The notes: a model not told the origin generated them from the sequence alone. Shown: positions 1 to 18,688, counted from the first letter of the stretch. The stretch is 64,000 nt of DNA from the human T2T-CHM13v2.0 reference genome, Homo sapiens (GCF_009914755.1 NC_060928.1); one strand, 5' to 3'. Translations and numbers: made by a program.

Positions 1-1
1 G

Positions 2-2125
<2,124 letters not shown>

Positions 2126-2177
2126 TGTTACTGGCTAAGTCTTTGGAAAATAATTTTTCATAATATGTCATGCTAAT

Positions 2178-2183
2178 AATAAA
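2178..2183 (+). terminator. Candidate proximal polyadenylation signal of BBS12
   Basis: AATAAA 53 nt after the stop codon, upstream of the LTR40 insertion. Confidence 0.4.
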
Positions 2184-2249
2184 TATATTGATAGCCAAGT
2201 CATGGTGCCTAAAATGCCAGCTATTGCCAAGAAGAAAATAGTTGATGTC

Positions 2250-2702
2250 TGTCAATAACTGTGCATGGTCTGAGATTTTACCCTACTTATAAGCTAACAA
2301 GTTAGCCTGTTACTGTTTCGTGGGATGCTACAGAATGCATAAGACACCTGGGTCAGAAACAAAGGACTTATCGCTCACAGCAAAAGCTGTAGCCAGAGCT
2401 TCATGTTGGTTTTATTCAGTTCCTCATTTTTCTAGTTCCCACAGGAGGAACACAAAGGGCCCATGATGAAAGCCTGCACACAGTGGGTTATGTTGTAAGC
2501 TTGGGTTATTAACTGCTTTTATAGTAAGCAAAAAAATCCTGGTCTTTGTCCAAAGGGAGTTATTACCCCATACTTGAAGATAGCTTAGTGTAAACACAAG
2601 CCTAGGACATGGACTAGGTAAAGACAAAGTCCTTGCATTCTTGACATACCCAGTAAGTATGCAGGGACACTCAGAGCCCATAGTGGATAGTCTCTTCCAA
2701 CA
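2250..2702 (-). mobile_element. LTR40-family (ERVL) LTR, 3' LTR of the provirus
   Basis: TG...CA ends; tgtcaataactgtgcatggtctgagattttaccctactt matches the reverse complement of the LTR40 3' end; direct-repeat partner at 5527-6396. Confidence 0.8.
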
Positions 2703-3018
2703 GTCTGCTCCTCAGCCTGAGATGTTCTTGGCCAAACTTGAATTTTCACATGAGTATGCCACTCTATCAGCTACTCTGATTAACCTGACAGTCGGGTTGT
2801 TTAGTCAGTACCAAATTTGTTCATTTGGTCTCATATAGCAATTAATGCAGGCTATTATCAGACACAGCAGCAGGATGAAGCCAACCTGCAGTATTAACCT
2901 CAGTCCTGTCCCCCAAGGTCTTGACTCAATCAACTCTAAGTTCCAAGGGAGGACCAATAGGTCTTTTTATTAGGCAGCCAGAATGTAGTGAAGGACAATT
3001 TATTATACTTTATGACCC

Positions 3019-3024
3019 AATAAA
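3019..3024 (+). terminator. Candidate distal polyadenylation signal of BBS12, inside antisense ERVL internal sequence
   Basis: AATAAA followed by a GT-rich tract (tatgtggtgttatt, about 3048-3061); consistent with my recollection of a roughly 0.9 kb 3' UTR. Confidence 0.6.
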
Positions 3025-3666
3025 GGGAGCTTTGACTGACGTACTGATATGTGGTGTTATTATCAATAATTATGGGTGCAATAGCTGGGCCAAAAAACAA
3101 ACCTGTTCCCTATGGAGAGCCCTTCTATGGCTTATTTTCCCCACATACAAGTACATAAGCCCAAAGGGTCCAGGTTACTCTAGTTCAGAAGTATTGTCAA
3201 ATCTGATTTAAATCATCATATGTGGATTTCAGTCACATAAGTAGTGTCACTGAGTAGTTGCAGCCTCGGTTGCTATACATGGTATAATCCAAGGCCACTC
3301 TGACAAATTTAGAGAAGCATAAGTTCAATCAGAATGAAACAAGGTTGTGCTGGTCCCTGTGTTTCTACATGTTCACATATGGGAGCCACCCATGATGGCA
3401 TCATGTACTGCCTCCTATACTGGTAGAGTCTTAGTAAGGTGTTGAGCCTCCTTTTTGCTGGTGAGGCCAAAGAGACAGCATTTATTTGTTTCATTGCCAA
3501 AGGAATTGAGTGCTGTAAATCTCTCCAGTCTCAAAAAACGACTGGTCAAACAGGGCCCTAAATTTTGTCTGGGTTTACCAGCCATTCCTACTGGTAGAGA
3601 TATGAAAACACCACAGTCAAAGCTGTTGGAAGTGGCTTCTGATTTCAACCACTGGAACATCATCTA

Positions 3667-4365
3667 CAGTTGACCTTTGAACAACAGTGGACAGGGATGA
3701 CAACGCCCTGCACAATCAAAAATCTGCATATAACATTTTTGGTTTTTTTGGAGACAGACTCTCCCTCTGTTGCCCAGGCTGGAGGGCAGTGGCGTGATCT
3801 TGGCTTACTGCAACCTCACCTTCTGGGTTCAAGCAATTCTCCTGCCTCAGCCTCCCAAGTAGCTGGGACTACAGGCACCTGCTGCCACACCTGGCTAATT
3901 TTTTGTATTTTAGTAGAGACAGGGTTTCACCATGTTGCCCAGGGTAGTCTCAAACTGAGCTCAGGCAATCCGCCTGCCTTGGCCTCCCAAAGTGCTGGGA
4001 TTACAGGTGTGTGCCACCACGCCCAGCCTGCATATAACTTTTGACTCCCCCAAAATTTTACTAATAGCTTAACTGTTGACCATAAGCCTTACCAATAACA
4101 CATATTTTGTGCATGTATTACATACTGTATTCTTACAATAAAGTAAGCTAGAAAAAAAGAAAATGTTATCAAAATCACAAGGAAGAGAAAATACACTTAC
4201 TATTCATTAAATGGAAGTGGATCATCATAAAGGTCATCATCCTCACCATCTTCATATTGAATAGGCTGAAGAGAAGGAAGAGGGGCTGGTCTTGCTGTCT
4301 CAGGCATGGCAGAAGCAGAAAAAAATTAATGTGTAAGTGAACCCATGCAGCTCAAACCTATGTTG
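3667..4365. mobile_element. Tigger2a/MER28-like TcMar-Tigger DNA transposon, split by an Alu; right TIR truncated
   Basis: TA followed by cagttgacctttgaacaaca (Tigger2-type TIR); right end ...gcagctcaaacctatgttg. Confidence 0.75.
3738..4028 (-). mobile_element. AluS
   Basis: Full Alu; TSD tgcatataac on both sides. Confidence 0.95.
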
Positions 4366-4695
4366 TATAATGACATTTTGGTCAACTATGGACCACATAT
4401 ATATGGTGATCCCATAGACAGTAATACCATATTTTTACTGTACCTTTTCTGTGTTTAGATATGTTTAGACACACAAATACTTACCACTGTGTTACAGTTG
4501 CCTATGTTATTCTGTACAATAACATGCTGTGCAGGTTTGTAGCCTAGGTTCAGTGGGCTCATATAGCCTAGGTTTGTAGTAGGCTGTACCATCTTGGTTT
4601 GTGTAAGTACACCCTCTGATGTTTACACAACAATTAAATCGCCTCATGATGCATTTCTCAGAATGTATCCCCTCGGTTAAGCAACACAGGCCTAT
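4366..4695 (-). mobile_element. Tigger3a (MER7A)-like DNA transposon
   Basis: Matches the reverse complement of the MER7A consensus (tagcctaggtttgtagtaggctgtaccatc...gcatttctcagaatgtatcccc). Confidence 0.8.
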
Positions 4696-5106
4696 ACTTT
4701 CAGTTTTGATTGACTGCCCAACTCAGCAACAAACTTGTATTTTTAATCTAGTCAAAGTTTTATTTTCTTATTGCTGATACCATTTGTTTCAGCTTTGTGG
4801 ACTCCTTGACTCATCAGCCACAGCCAAATTTCCTGTTTTCTAGGGCTCTGGAGAATGCTGCTTCATTGTCATGTCAATGTCTTCTGCCTCCCACCCTGAA
4901 GTGAATGAGCAACAACCAAGACACCATTTGGGTGTCTTGTTTTAATCCTGCCTCACACTGTTTAGCCTCTGAACATTCATTAACAGATAAGAGGGAAGCC
5001 TACTCCCCTCTTCTTTTCCCACTACTTGAATGAGAGCATTCACTACTGAATCCCAGAGTCTTCTCATATCTCCTAATCTAGCCATTGAGGCCTTCCTGTT
5101 TTCCAG

Positions 5107-5496
5107 TATTAAAACTTAGGTACATTAACATTTTAGAGTTTATTTGAGCAGTCAGTGATTTGTGAATGGAACAACTCCAGACTGCAGGCAGTTTGGGGCT
5201 CCAATGAAGGGATGCAAGGGGAAAACTTTTATAATGTGTTCATGTAGGCAAGACAAAGAAAATATTTGATTGGTTAAGGTGGAGCAGTAGCTTTAAATTC
5301 CCTAGTGAGAGGTTTACTGGCAATTTCTAAAGTCCCTAGTTAGAGCTTAGTTGGCAGTTTCTGATAGGTTATGCTTAAGTTTCATTTTCCTAGGCTAGGG
5401 CCTTTCACCCTGATTTGGGGTTCAGTTTGTTTATGTAGCAACTCAGGGTACTAGAGCTACCTCAGTCTATTGGCCTCCCAATTAATTACGTTAACA
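5107..5496 (-). mobile_element. ERV1 solo LTR, MER67/MER89-like
   Basis: Reverse complement starts tgttaacgtaattaattgggaggccaatagactgaggtagctc; flanks ccag and tcag resemble a 4-bp TSD. Confidence 0.6.
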
Positions 5497-5526
5497 TCAG
5501 AAAGCCATGGCTCTGTTAGCCAACAT

Positions 5527-6396
5527 TGTCAAGAACTGTGCAATGTCTGAGATTTTACCCTACTTACAAGATGTTTTGGTCTGAATGTGTCCCCCCAAAA
5601 TTTATGTGTGGGGTTTTAATCCCCAATGCAACAGGATTGAGAGGTGGGGCTTAATGGGAGGTGTCTAGTTCATGAAGGCTCCACCCTTATGAATAGATTA
5701 ATGCCGTTATTAAAAGAGCTTCCAGGAGTGGGTTCACGCTCTTCTGCCATGTGGGGATTCAGTGTTTGTCCGTTTTTGTCTTTCTGCCTTCTGCCATGTG
5801 AAGACACAGTGTTCTCCCTCTCTGGAGGATGCAGCATCCAAGGCACCATCTTGGAAGCAAAGACTGGACCCTCATCAAAACCCTTGATCTTGGACTTCCC
5901 AGGCTCCAGAACTGTGGGAGATAAATTTCTGTTCTCTATAAAATACCCAGTCTGTAATTTTCTATTATAGCAGCACAAAATGAACTAAGACACGTGCTAA
6001 CAAATTAGCCTGTTAAAATTTCATGGGATGCTGGCAGAAGACATGAGACTCATGGGTCAGAGACATAGGACTTTATAGTATCCAGAGCTTCATGTTGATT
6101 TGTGTCAGTCCCATGTGTTTCCCAAATATTATTGTATGACACAAAGAGCCCAGAATGAATGTCTGCACACACAGTGGGTTGTGTTACAGGAGAGGAACAC
6201 CAAGCTTGGATGAGTCACCACTATTATAGTAAGCACAAGCAAGCCTATTTTTCATCAGGAGGAAGATATTACACCATTCCTTAAGATTTCTCCCTGCAAA
6301 CACAACCCTTAGAAATGGCCTAGAAAAAGAAAGGGCAATACCCAGCAAGAATGTGCAGGGATGCTCAGAGCCCATACTGGACTGCTTCTCCCAACA
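5527..6396 (-). mobile_element. LTR40-family LTR (5' LTR), interrupted by an MST LTR
   Basis: tgtcaagaactgtgcaatgtctgagattttaccctacttac...gctaacaaattagcctg...cttctcccaaca, collinear with 2250-2702. Confidence 0.8.
5572..5992 (+). mobile_element. MST-type (ERVL-MaLR) solo LTR
   Basis: tgttttggtctgaatgtgtccccccaaaat...gcagcacaaaatgaactaagaca. Confidence 0.85.
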
Positions 6397-6566
6397 AATT
6401 CTTTGTCTTTTGCTACCTAGCCATAAATTGAATATTTAAAAATTAAGTTTCATGTGTAATTTTTGGAATTGAATATTAGAAGAGCCCTGGGAAAATAATT
6501 AAAATAGTAGTAACAGTTACTGATTATCTACCATTTTCCAGAAACTGTTTTAAATCCTTTACATGC

Positions 6567-6952
6567 TGTATTAATTAGCTAGAACTGCTTTAACAAAGTA
6601 CCACATACTGGGTACAGAAATTTATTTTGTCAAAGTTATGATGAAAAGAAAACTGAGATTAAGGTGTGGACAGGATTTGTTTCTTCTGAGGCCTTACTCC
6701 TTGGCTTGTAGATGGCTACCTTCTTGTGTCCTCACAGTCTTCCTTCTGTGTGTGCACATCCCTGGCATCTATTTTTTGTGTCCAAATTTCCTCTTATAAG
6801 GACCCCAGTCAGACTGGATTAGGGCCCACCCCAATGGTCTCATTTTAATTACCTCTTTAAGGGCCCTATCTCCAAATACAGTCACATTCTGAGATACTAT
6901 GAGTTAGGGATTCAATATATTAATTTACGGGGTCACAATTAAACCCATAATA
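6567..6952 (-). mobile_element. MLT1A-type MaLR LTR inserted into a MIR (MIR pieces at about 6500-6566 and 6953-7115)
   Basis: ggattagggcccaccccaatg...ccaaatacagtcacattctgag; MIR core atagatgaggaaattggc at about 6996. Confidence 0.8.
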
Positions 6953-8961
6953 CATATATTATCTCGATCTTTGCAACATCCATTTTCTCCATGTTATAGA
7001 TGAGGAAATTGGCTTAGCATGGTTAAGAAACTAGCCCAATATCTCACAGCTAGTAGGAGGTAGCACTGGAATTTGAACCAAAATTTTATTGGCTCTGAAG
7101 TCTGTGTCCCTAAGCCTTAATTATGATATGAAACTTTTTTTCCTGTAAGGTAACAACAAAACAAGAAGAAAAGAGAATGCCTGGTTTATTTATAGGGCTA
7201 ATTTAAATGTGTTAGAAATGTACCTTGATTATTTTCGTGCTTGGGAATGGTAAAATAATCTCATTTTGCATTGTGCTAAATAATGAATTTTTTTGCTTTG
7301 GTGGTTGTCTTAAATGTGACCACATGAAAACCTTGCACAGGCAGTCATCTCAGTTATACATATAGTCTTTGTTCTAAGTTGAAATAATAGCAATGTTGAC
7401 TGTTAAACTGTTTTTAAAAATAAAATATATGATTTTACCTAGGTAGATACTGATACTTTTATTTTCCCTCTGTATAACATTAAAACTTATTTTTGTTAAA
7501 ATATTATATATATATCATGAGTGTTACTAATATTAATTGACAGATGTTCAATTCAGTTTATATAATGGAATTTTTATGAAGTTGGTACTTGCATATATTA
7601 GTAGTGCTAAATATTTATTAAATTCATGCATTTTTTCCTTTGAAATTAGAAGTCTCACCCTAATAGAGATTTTATTAATTTGTTTTGTTTCTACATCCTA
7701 AAAAACTTTATACTATCATGGAGTTTATTAGCCATTTAAAAAATTCTTATAATAACAAGAAATACCTTTAAGTTTTAACTATTCCAGGAACTATTCTGTC
7801 CTTGCAAACTGAGGGCAGTCCCTGGACTAAATTTGGTTCATGTAAGTAAGTGGGTTTTCGAGGAAACCTTATCTATAAGCAGTTACACATTTCCCAGAAG
7901 ACCAGAGCAGTGTTGACCTCTTTGTGAGACTGAACTGCCTTTTTAATATGACTATAAGAACGCTTGCTGGCATTCTACATCTACATTTTTTCACCCAAGA
8001 GAAGCCTGTCTTCAGAAGGATGAATAACTCCTCTTGGACCAGGTATTAACTAGCTCTTCAAAAATAATCTTTAAGAAATTTAAACAGTAGAATTCCTACA
8101 ATTCCCAGAATATGGGCAGATGTGCCCCTCTACCCAGTAACGGGAGAGATACAGAATCATCAGAAAGGAAGGTGGGAAGCAGCAAGAGTGAAAGGGTTAC
8201 CAACAGGCTATTATGAGCTACAGTTTCCAAAATTACTAACAAGTGCTTCCAAAAAGAGAGGACTCTACCTGAATGGAAATATGGGTAAGCAGTTTTGAGA
8301 ACTAACTCATGGGCCACACATTCTGGATGAATGCAAAACAACCACCACCAAAAACAACCAAAAGCCCATCTGCATGTGCATGTGTGGATGCAGGAGAATT
8401 CAATGTCCTGTGGTGATTTAAACCCTGAAGAATATCAGAAATATTCAGCACATGTGTCCTTCCAGGAAGACTGATTCACACGCTTGAGGGGAAGATTGCT
8501 GGAAAGTAGTAAAATAGAGCGGAGCAGGATCATTTATAATAGGGAGAAGGATGATTTAGATTGGGAATGGTAAAACATCATTTTGTGTTAGACTGGGGTT
8601 GGTGGTAGACCCAGTGGAATAATCCAGGGGAGTAAAATCACTGAAAATAAATGTAATCTTGAAGACAAGGTTCACTGACCTCTAGAAAACACAGAACTAG
8701 AGATAGAAAATCTTGCCAACCAGACTTGACTTTGACAAGCGGAGATAGGTTACATAAAAACGCTGTATTTTCAGTCCTTTATTAACAATAGGAGAAAGCC
8801 CTGGAGCCATGAAGCTGAGAAATTGACCATGGTCCATCTCCACCTCCTTCACAGGAGTCTTCTTTTCGATGGAATATACAAAAATCCTTGTAATTTGAAC
8901 ATGGGGAAAAAAAGAAAAACCATTTAATATCAAATGAACTTGGTATAAGAAAAAAGATTAA

Positions 8962-11736
<2,775 letters not shown>

Positions 11737-11755
11737 GAAAAAAGATTAAAACGAC

Positions 11756-12054
11756 TATCTTGGTCCTTTTGTGCTGCAATAACAGAATACCACAGACTGG
11801 GGGATTATAAAGAACAGAAATTTATTGTCTCACATTTCCGTCAGCTGGGAAGTCCAAGATCAAGGTGTCAGCGTCTTGTACAGACCTTCTTACTGTATCT
11901 TCTTCACATGGTGGAAGAGCAAGAGATAGCAAACCCACTCCAGCAAGGTTGTTTTATGACAGCATTAATTAACACCTCTCAACACTGTTGCATTGGGGAT
12001 TAAAATTTCAACACATGAATTTTGGGAGAGGACAAAAACATTCAAACCATAGCG
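11756..12054 (-). mobile_element. MST-type MaLR LTR (internally shortened)
   Basis: aacagaataccacagactggg...aagtccaagatcaaggtg...cattcaaaccatagc. Confidence 0.8.
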
Positions 12055-13129
12055 CACCGACCAAATATTCTAACAGACAATGAAAACGCAACAGAAACTC
12101 ACCAGAAAAAAATGCAGCCACACAGCTGATGACAATTAATATTTGTAAATGAGTTAAATCATCTAGATTGATGTTTTTGAAAGAATAGCACATTAGAAAT
12201 ATCAGATATTAGAAGATATCAGAAGATATCAGAAATTAGATGGCAAACAACAGGTTATGAAATGGGAACTCACACAACTCAAAAGAATTGTGGGGGAATG
12301 TTGCCAAGAAACACTTTGGACTAAATTACAAGAAATATAGGAATAAATAGACTCCACATAAAACACAGTAATGGAGGTAAGTTTCAATCCCAGGAACACA
12401 GTAGAGGAATTTCCTCTGTCACAAACTCTCCTGAAATGCCATAACAGAGATCTGCATTATACCATTTATTGTTTAAAATGATTACTTAAATGTACAACCT
12501 TTCAAAGAACTACTTTCCTATGTTAAAGATGGACCATTCAAACATTAGAGCACCCTCTGGATTTCAAAGCCATGAAGTTTAGGTGCAGTTCTTGGCTCAT
12601 GAGTTCATGCCATTGTTCTACTCTAAAAGGCTCAATTTAGTGAGGGAAAGGGAATGGTGGGTCAAAGGAGTCAAGGGTCCCACAGGGTGGCAGTGCTTAG
12701 ACACTGGTGTCCCCTGGCAAGTTTCCTGTGATCATAGCTTTATCTGAATAGCAGAAGATAATCATCATCAGAACTAACTCATGTTAACCAGACTCACAGA
12801 GAAGATGCTAATTTCATATTTATATTTGTAATGTAACTACCCAAAAGATCAGAATACTCATATGAACCGAGCCAAGAATGTCCTCCCATGTAAGAAAGTC
12901 TCTCTGGGAAGCTAGGAATATTGTTTGTTGAGGCTGAAATTGAAGCCAAGTGAGTCCTCTGATAGAGCTACTAGTCAGACATGCTCTTCAGGAACACCAT
13001 TAACCAGTAAGGCAAGATCTTTGCTCACGACGTCTGTTGTGTATTCTTTATTCAGAAATTAAGATAATTAAATACACACTGCGTTTTTAATCAATCATAT
13101 TTCAGACTTGCCCTGTGGAGGCTGCAAAC

Positions 13130-13450
13130 TGTGAACCCTGAAAATCTGAGACAGGTCTCAGTTAATTTAGAAAGTTTATTTTGCCAAGGTTGAGGAAGCA
13201 CACCTGTGACACAGCTTCAGGAGGTCCTGATGACATGCGCCCAAGGTGGTAGGGACACAGCTTTGTTTTATACATTTTAGGGAGACATGAGACATCAGTC
13301 AATATGTATAAGATGTATATTGATTGGTTCAGTTCAGAAAGGTGAGACAACTCAAGGCAAAGGCGGGACAACAACTCAAAGTGAGGAGGGAGCTTCCAGG
13401 TCATAGGTAGATAAGAGAAAAACGGTTGCATTCTTTTGAGTTTCTGATTA
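13130..13450 (-). mobile_element. MER4A-like ERV1 LTR fragment
   Basis: gaaaatctgagacaggtctcagttaatttagaaagtttattttgccaaggttgagg. Confidence 0.8.
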
Positions 13451-14674
13451 CATATAATTTATGTATCCTATTAGTTTAGTAGGACAGATGCATTTAATTT
13501 ATAAATATAAATGCATGTATTGGGGCACATGATCAAAAAACCTGAAGACTTCTCCATGAGCAAATTCTGCATGTGGCAGAATATGAACTCTGCTTTGATA
13601 AAGTAATCTAGGAGCATATATTCAATAAAAAGTGAAAAACTGATTTTAATTAGCTCTACCGTCTATGAGTAAAAAAATTTAAAAAATGTAATGCATTCTA
13701 AAGAAATACTTTCAAAGCGTCAAAATACTTTTCAAAGGATTCTTTCTTTAAAAATCTAGTTTCTTTGTTATTTCTAAATGAGTTTTCACCCGTGGCCACT
13801 TAGTCATATATTATTGTGGAGCTTTTTAAACAGTTTAGATCTTTATTTAGACTAGAAAATGTATTCACAGTTTTAGATCGACTCTTGGGATAACAAAATT
13901 CACATTTTGCAAGCAGCAGCCATGCCAAATTGCCCATGCTATTTGTGGTTTACTTCTAGGCTCCTAGATCATGTTGTACAAGCTTTTACTTTGCATGTGA
14001 CTTTATCCTCGACGAATTTTATTGCATGTGCTGGCACCTCCTTTCTTCCTAAGTACTTTTACATACTGAGTCAGGTCTCTTTTTTTTTTTTTGTCTTTAA
14101 CTATGGATTGCCTTTTCCTCTTCACCTATTCACACTGTCATTGGAACACATTCATCCTTTAATTCTTTCCATTATTCTTCAAGAACATTTTTAGAGGAAC
14201 TTCTTATTCTGTTATTTTCCCCACACGTCAAGGTTACCATTATTAATATTTGGGGGTATGGCTTTCCAAGGCTGCTTCTATGTGTGTAGATGTAGATGTG
14301 TTTTTTACAATCCAAAGTGGGGTCATACTAAACATGCGGCCATATAATCTACTTCTGTCAATTAATATATCAAGAAATTCCCCTAATATTATTAGAGTTT
14401 AGTAAAATAGTTTCAATGGTATCATATCATTCCAGCGCAATAACCTACTATAATTTATTCAACCAATATCCTATCAGACATTTAGGTCAATTCCAGCTTG
14501 GGAGCTATTACGGACAAGGGTATCATAAATAGATTCTAATGGAATCTTTCCTATTATTTGTGATTATTTCTTCTGGATAAATTCTTAGAAATGGATAACG
14601 GGTCAATAGGTAGCTAGGCATTTTTAAGCTTTTCTGATATATATGTATTTTTTGAGAGGTGTGAATTAATATTT

Positions 14675-14792
14675 TATTTTTATTTTTATTATTGTAGAGA
14701 CACAGTCTTTCTCTGTTGCACCAGGCTAGAGTACAGTGGCATAGTCAACTCACTGCAGACTTGAACTTTCAGCCTCAAGCAATCCTCCCACA
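14675..14792 (-). mobile_element. 5'-truncated AluJ
   Basis: Right-arm fragment; TSD tgaattaatattt. Confidence 0.85.
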
Positions 14793-15335
14793 TGAATTAA
14801 TATTTAAATAGTCTGTCCATTAAGGAAATGATGAAAATTCCAGTTTCTTACAGGTTTGAATTTTAAAAACCACAAATTACCTTGTTTATGAAAGAATTAT
14901 TTGATAATCTTCTTTGAGTTTTCAATGTTCACTCATGGGGGAAAAAAACATTTTCCTGAGATTCATGTATAATTCATTATTCTTATTTCCAAGTTAGATG
15001 CTCCCTGAGACCCCTGGGAACAAAACTGGGCAAACAGTAGATTTGTATAAGGAGTCCCAAAACGTGAAGGAAAAAGCCTAGGCTAGAAGCCAGCACCACC
15101 ATTTACAGTTAGGTGGATTGTGCCCTTTGCGATATATTTTTGCCAAATTGTTCTCCAGAAGGCTCTGCAAATGAACGTGTCTTTTCCCCAACCCTTGTCA
15201 ACACTGAATATTATCATTAACATTTTTTTGGACCAATTTGAGTAAAAATGCTATCTAATTTTAATTAAACTTTTTTTTGATTATTAGTAAGGGAGACAAA
15301 ACAGTGACTTTTCTTTATTTTAAAAAAAAGATTTG

Positions 15336-15640
15336 GGCCGGGCGTAGTGGCTCACGCCTGTAATCCCAGCACTTTGGGAGGCTGAGGCGGGCAGATCACG
15401 AAGTCAAGAGATGGAGACCATCCTGGCCAACATGGTGAAACCCCGTCTCTACTAAAAATACAAAAATTAGCTGGGCGTGGTGGCGCGTGCCTGTAGTCCC
15501 AACTAGTCAGAAGGCTGAGGCAGGAGAATCGCTTGAACCCAGGGAGCTGGAGGTTGCAGTGAGCCGAGATCGTGCCACTGCACTCCAGCCTGGTGAAACA
15601 ACGAGACTCCGTCTCAAAAAAAAAAAAAAAAAAAAAAAAA
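15336..15640 (+). mobile_element. AluS (Sc-like)
   Basis: Full Alu with poly(A); TSD aaaaaga(t/c)ttg. Confidence 0.95.
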
Positions 15641-16869
15641 GACTTGTAAAATGTCTATTTTCTTTCCTTTGGTGTTAGATTTAGAAAGGTCTTCCCAATT
15701 CCAAGATTTTGTTACAATCTTCTATATAGACTTTTTAGTACTTTTGTTATCTTACCTTTCACATTGAAATATTTCATCTAACTGGAATTTGTTTTAGTAG
15801 GCAGAGGTTATGAGTTAAGACTGTAAATGAACTTTTTCTAAATGGTTATACACTTGTCCCAGCATCATTACAGAGCTTTCATTGCCCATCCAGATTTTTC
15901 TTAGCAGGGAGGAAGAATGCCAGCAGAAAAAGAGAAATTAGTTCTCAGTTGCTGAGAAACATTTTCATTTCTTTCTAATTATGGATTCATACTGTTCCAC
16001 ACTCTTATCATTTTTTTCTGCCACCCTAGTGCCATATATTACTGAAAAAATAATATAGTAGAAACTTGTTGCACTAAAAGTGCTGAGAATTACGCCACTA
16101 TCTCTTTTTATAAAAATCTTCTTGTGTTATATTGACAGCTACTCTCAAAAGTGTTTTAAAACACACTTTCACCTCACTTCTTTAAAACTTTGAAGCTCTG
16201 AAAATCTAAAGATGTCTTCTTTCTTTTGACCTGTAGGTGGCAAACTTCTACTCCTATGCCCTTTGAAAATTTTGACCTGCCGCTTTAAAATCCACAAAAT
16301 AAAAGATTATTGTAGTGTGGAGTAGCATAAATCTGTAAGTAAGGGATTAAAAGTAACAGGAACTCTTTGGGCAGTTTCTTTTTTATTACTGTATGTTTGG
16401 AGCTAGTCAGCATAGGCCAGGGTCAGAGTCCTGGCTCTGCTATTAACTAAAGGTGACTTGGGAAAGTGATTCATTTTCTCTTGGCCTGTTATGTCGCATG
16501 TAAATGACAAAGTTGAACAAGGTCACTCCTCTTATACTTTTTTACTCTAAATTCTATGATTCCTATTGCTAAATTATATCCCTGACAGATTTTGAGTGAT
16601 AGTGAAACCCATTTGAAAGGGAGAAATATGACAAATAATGGCTCCTTAAAAGATTATAATGGTAAGGCCAGGCTTTACAATTTTATTATGGGCACAACAG
16701 TGTGGATGTATGTAATGCTACTGAACTACACACTTAAAAGTGTTTAAGATCATAAATGTTATAATAAATTTATGTAACAACAAAATTTACGTAATTATGT
16801 GGTAAAATATACATAACATAAAATTTATGTAATTTTAAGTAAATAAAATTTATTGTCAAAAATTTATTA

Positions 16870-17181
<312 letters not shown>

Positions 17182-17685
17182 TGGGGGTTTCAAAAATTGG
17201 TCAGTTATTGATTCAAGCCATTATAATGACTTATTTTATTACAAACTGGAGTAGTACAATAGAGAATGAAATAACTTTTTCAATTATATCGAAACAAATT
17301 AACTTAGATCTATTGTCACTAGAGCCATATCAGTAAATTACAATGGGTTCAAAAATAGAACATAAAATATGAATCTACCAGAAACTAGACTATACAATGT
17401 AATACTCAAAGAAACCAGAATAACATATTTATCCCTTTTGTGGATGGCGAGATAAATTAGTGGCTATTTAAAAAATAGGTTATTAAATGCAAAATACATA
17501 TTTCCATATTACAAGAATAAAAACACCATCAAATGACAGGAAGAACTAAATGTGACACACCATAAAAAGGTTACTATTTTATATATATAAATATGTTTCA
17601 GCTGGGCTCTCCCTGATCCCAGGTTATACCTGACCCAAACCTTATATCCAGTAACTCCCCTCCTCAAAATTTTATTGTGCCTCAT

Positions 17686-17720
<35 letters not shown>
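17686..17720. repeat. (TC)n(CA)n compound microsatellite
   Basis: Seen directly. Confidence 0.9.
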
Positions 17721-17721
<1 letters not shown>

Positions 17722-18553
17722 CCCCACCCCACACCTTTTTACTTCTCTTTGTCGTCAGTGTTTTATTGCCACTTTTTTTGCCGTCATCACCCTTTATTTC
17801 CCTAATCTTAGTGACTATAACCAATCCACCTTTTGTATCAAGCACTTCTTGGGCTTTTTACTTTATTAAAAATGTTAGTAAGTTATAGAGGTGACAACTT
17901 TCAAAATGTGGAGTGGTGACCTTTTACTGTTTCCTCATTACACCCTCCTTTTTTGCTTTTATACCTTCTTTTCTTCTCTTCTCTTTCCCTTTTCCTTAAT
18001 GAAAATAATCCCTAGTCTCAGGAGGAGCTGTTCTTATACTCACCCTCCACACAAACTGCCATTTTCCTAAAAAGCACAGCCCTTCCTAATTAACAGGCCT
18101 ACTGGGTGTCTAATTTTATCTATAAGTTTGGCATTTAAATTCCATTTAATAACAAATAAAGAAAAACAATTTACACAAGAAATTTTGGGAAAATGCACGA
18201 CTTTGCTCTATAGGAGCAGTATAGAGCAAAGCACTTTACAGCAGCATTACATCCTAGTGAAAATACACAAAAGATAGAACTCAGTGTTAGTGGGCATGTG
18301 GAAAAGCATGCATTTATATACCTTGCTGGAAAAAATAAAAATTGGTTCAATTTTAAATTGTTCTTATACAAAAATGTTTATAATTCTTATACAAAAATGT
18401 TTATGGGCGTATTATTAAAAAATGAAAGCAACCCAAATAATCCACAATGGGAGACATTTAGACAAATAAGATATATTAATATGATTAAATGAGTACTGCA
18501 TAGTATTTTTAATGTCAAATATGTATTTTACTTCAACACATAAAAATGTTTAT

Positions 18554-18688
18554 TATACCTAATGCTAAATGACGAGTTAATGGGTGCAGCACACCAGCAT
18601 GGCACATGTATACATATGTAACAAAGCTGCACGTTGTGCACATGTACCCTAAAACTTAAAGTATAATAATAATAAAATAAAAAATTTT
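18554..18688 (+). mobile_element. Extremely 5'-truncated L1PA3/L1PA4-like 3' end (about 135 bp)
   Basis: aatgctaaatgacgagttaatgggtgcagcacaccagcatggc; exact TSD taaaaatgtttat at 18541-18553 and 18689-18701. Confidence 0.9.

Larger units (their letters stand above)
2703..5526 (-). mobile_element. Degenerate ERVL (HERVL40-like) internal region, interrupted by Tigger2a, Alu, Tigger3a and an ERV1 LTR
   Basis: Lies between two same-orientation LTR40 copies; purine-rich tract gaggagcagac on the minus strand abuts the 3' LTR; no intact ORF. Confidence 0.6.
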
